Of a DNA stretch of 64,000 bases, positions 63,258 through 64,000 are shown piece after piece. A model generated the notes under the pieces. The model made no database searches and was not told the origin of the DNA. It saw only the letters and a program-made list of their open reading frames with translations. The stretch is from contig NW_024704743.1 in the NCBI RefSeq assembly GCF_018977255.1, positions 110,238,001-110,302,000 of the forward strand, in the 5' to 3' direction. This DNA is from Callorhinchus milii. Taxonomy: Eukaryota. The position numbers and the translations under genes are program-made. Each line of letters opens with the position of its first letter. Within the stretch, counting starts at the first letter, position 1.

Positions 63258-64000
63258 TTCTCTCACACCTCGCCCATCCTCACCTGAAATGCCAACTGTG
63301 AGGCGATGCTGGACTTCCTCGAATTCAAGGTTTAAGGGATCTGCTCAGCTGCCTCTGCCCATCCATCTACTACCCCCTCCCTATCTTCCCTTCTTACCCC
63401 GGCCCCTACCCATTCCTCCCGCCACACCTTCAAACCTGTCTCCCACTCCTCTCTCACCACCACTATAACCCGCATTAAACCGACCACATGCTCCCTCGAT
63501 CACATCCCTACACCTCTCCTTACCTCCCAGTTCCACTTCCTTGCTCCTCTACTCACAGACATCATAAAGCTCTCCCTGTCCACTGGTACTGTCCCCACTC
63601 CATTAAAAATGGCTGTCATCATTCCTATCCTTAAAACACCCTCCCTGGACCCAGCTCTACTCTCAAACTACCGCCCCACCTCCAATCTCCCTTTCCTCTC
63701 CAAGGTCCTGGAATGAGTTGTTGCTTCCCAGCTTCACTCCTTCCTCTCCTGCCACTCCCTTCACGAATCACTCCAATCGGGTTTCCGTGCCGCCCACAGC
63801 ACAGAAACATCCATGGTCAAAGTGACAAATGACATTCTGTCCATCTGCAACGTGGGCTCCTTCTACCTCCTCATCCTCCTTGACCTCTCTGCTGCCTTCG
63901 ACACCGTTAACCATTCTATCCTCATCCACTGCCTCTCCTCTCACCTCAACCTTCACAACTCTGTCCTTGACTGGTTCAGATCGTACCTCTCGCACTGCCT
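63258..64000 (+). mobile_element. L2 LINE ORF2 fragment (RT N-terminal part), runs off the window
   Basis: Encodes KMAVIIPILK..SLDPALLSNYRPTSNLPFLSKVLE*, LQSGFRAAHSTETSMVKVTND and LILLDLSAAFDTVNH; same subfamily as 1-850. Confidence 0.92.

Overview
This is eukaryotic, vertebrate-type, repeat-rich intronic or intergenic DNA. The repeat content (L2 and CR1 LINEs, Deu-domain SINEs, and a young tRNA-derived SINE with an L2-type tail) suggests a cartilaginous fish, possibly a chimaera; that assignment is inference. I find no intact host protein-coding gene. Nearly all long ORFs in the track are sense or antisense readings of LINE/SINE fragments. Identifiable content: many L2 fragments (one young copy with an uninterrupted RT C-terminal frame at 29.8-30.8 kb), CR1 fragments, at least two SINE families sharing one 3' tail, a hAT MITE with an 8-bp TSD, a decayed hAT (Charlie/SPIN-type) transposase with its right TIR, and a probable solo LTR. 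Best leads: (1) an isolated Gly-X-Y collagen-like exon with canonical splice sites but an in-frame stop (58365-58440); (2) a 247-bp, 246/247-identical local inverted duplication (12032-12929); (3) a duplicated ~160-bp unit with a conserved two-stem hairpin and ACA/ATA end (33.4 and 34.1 kb); (4) several small fold-back palindromes; (5) several repeat-free CNE-like islands. I cannot support a claim of a new biological system from the sequence alone. Repeat boundaries are approximate unless a TSD, TIR or exact match is quoted.
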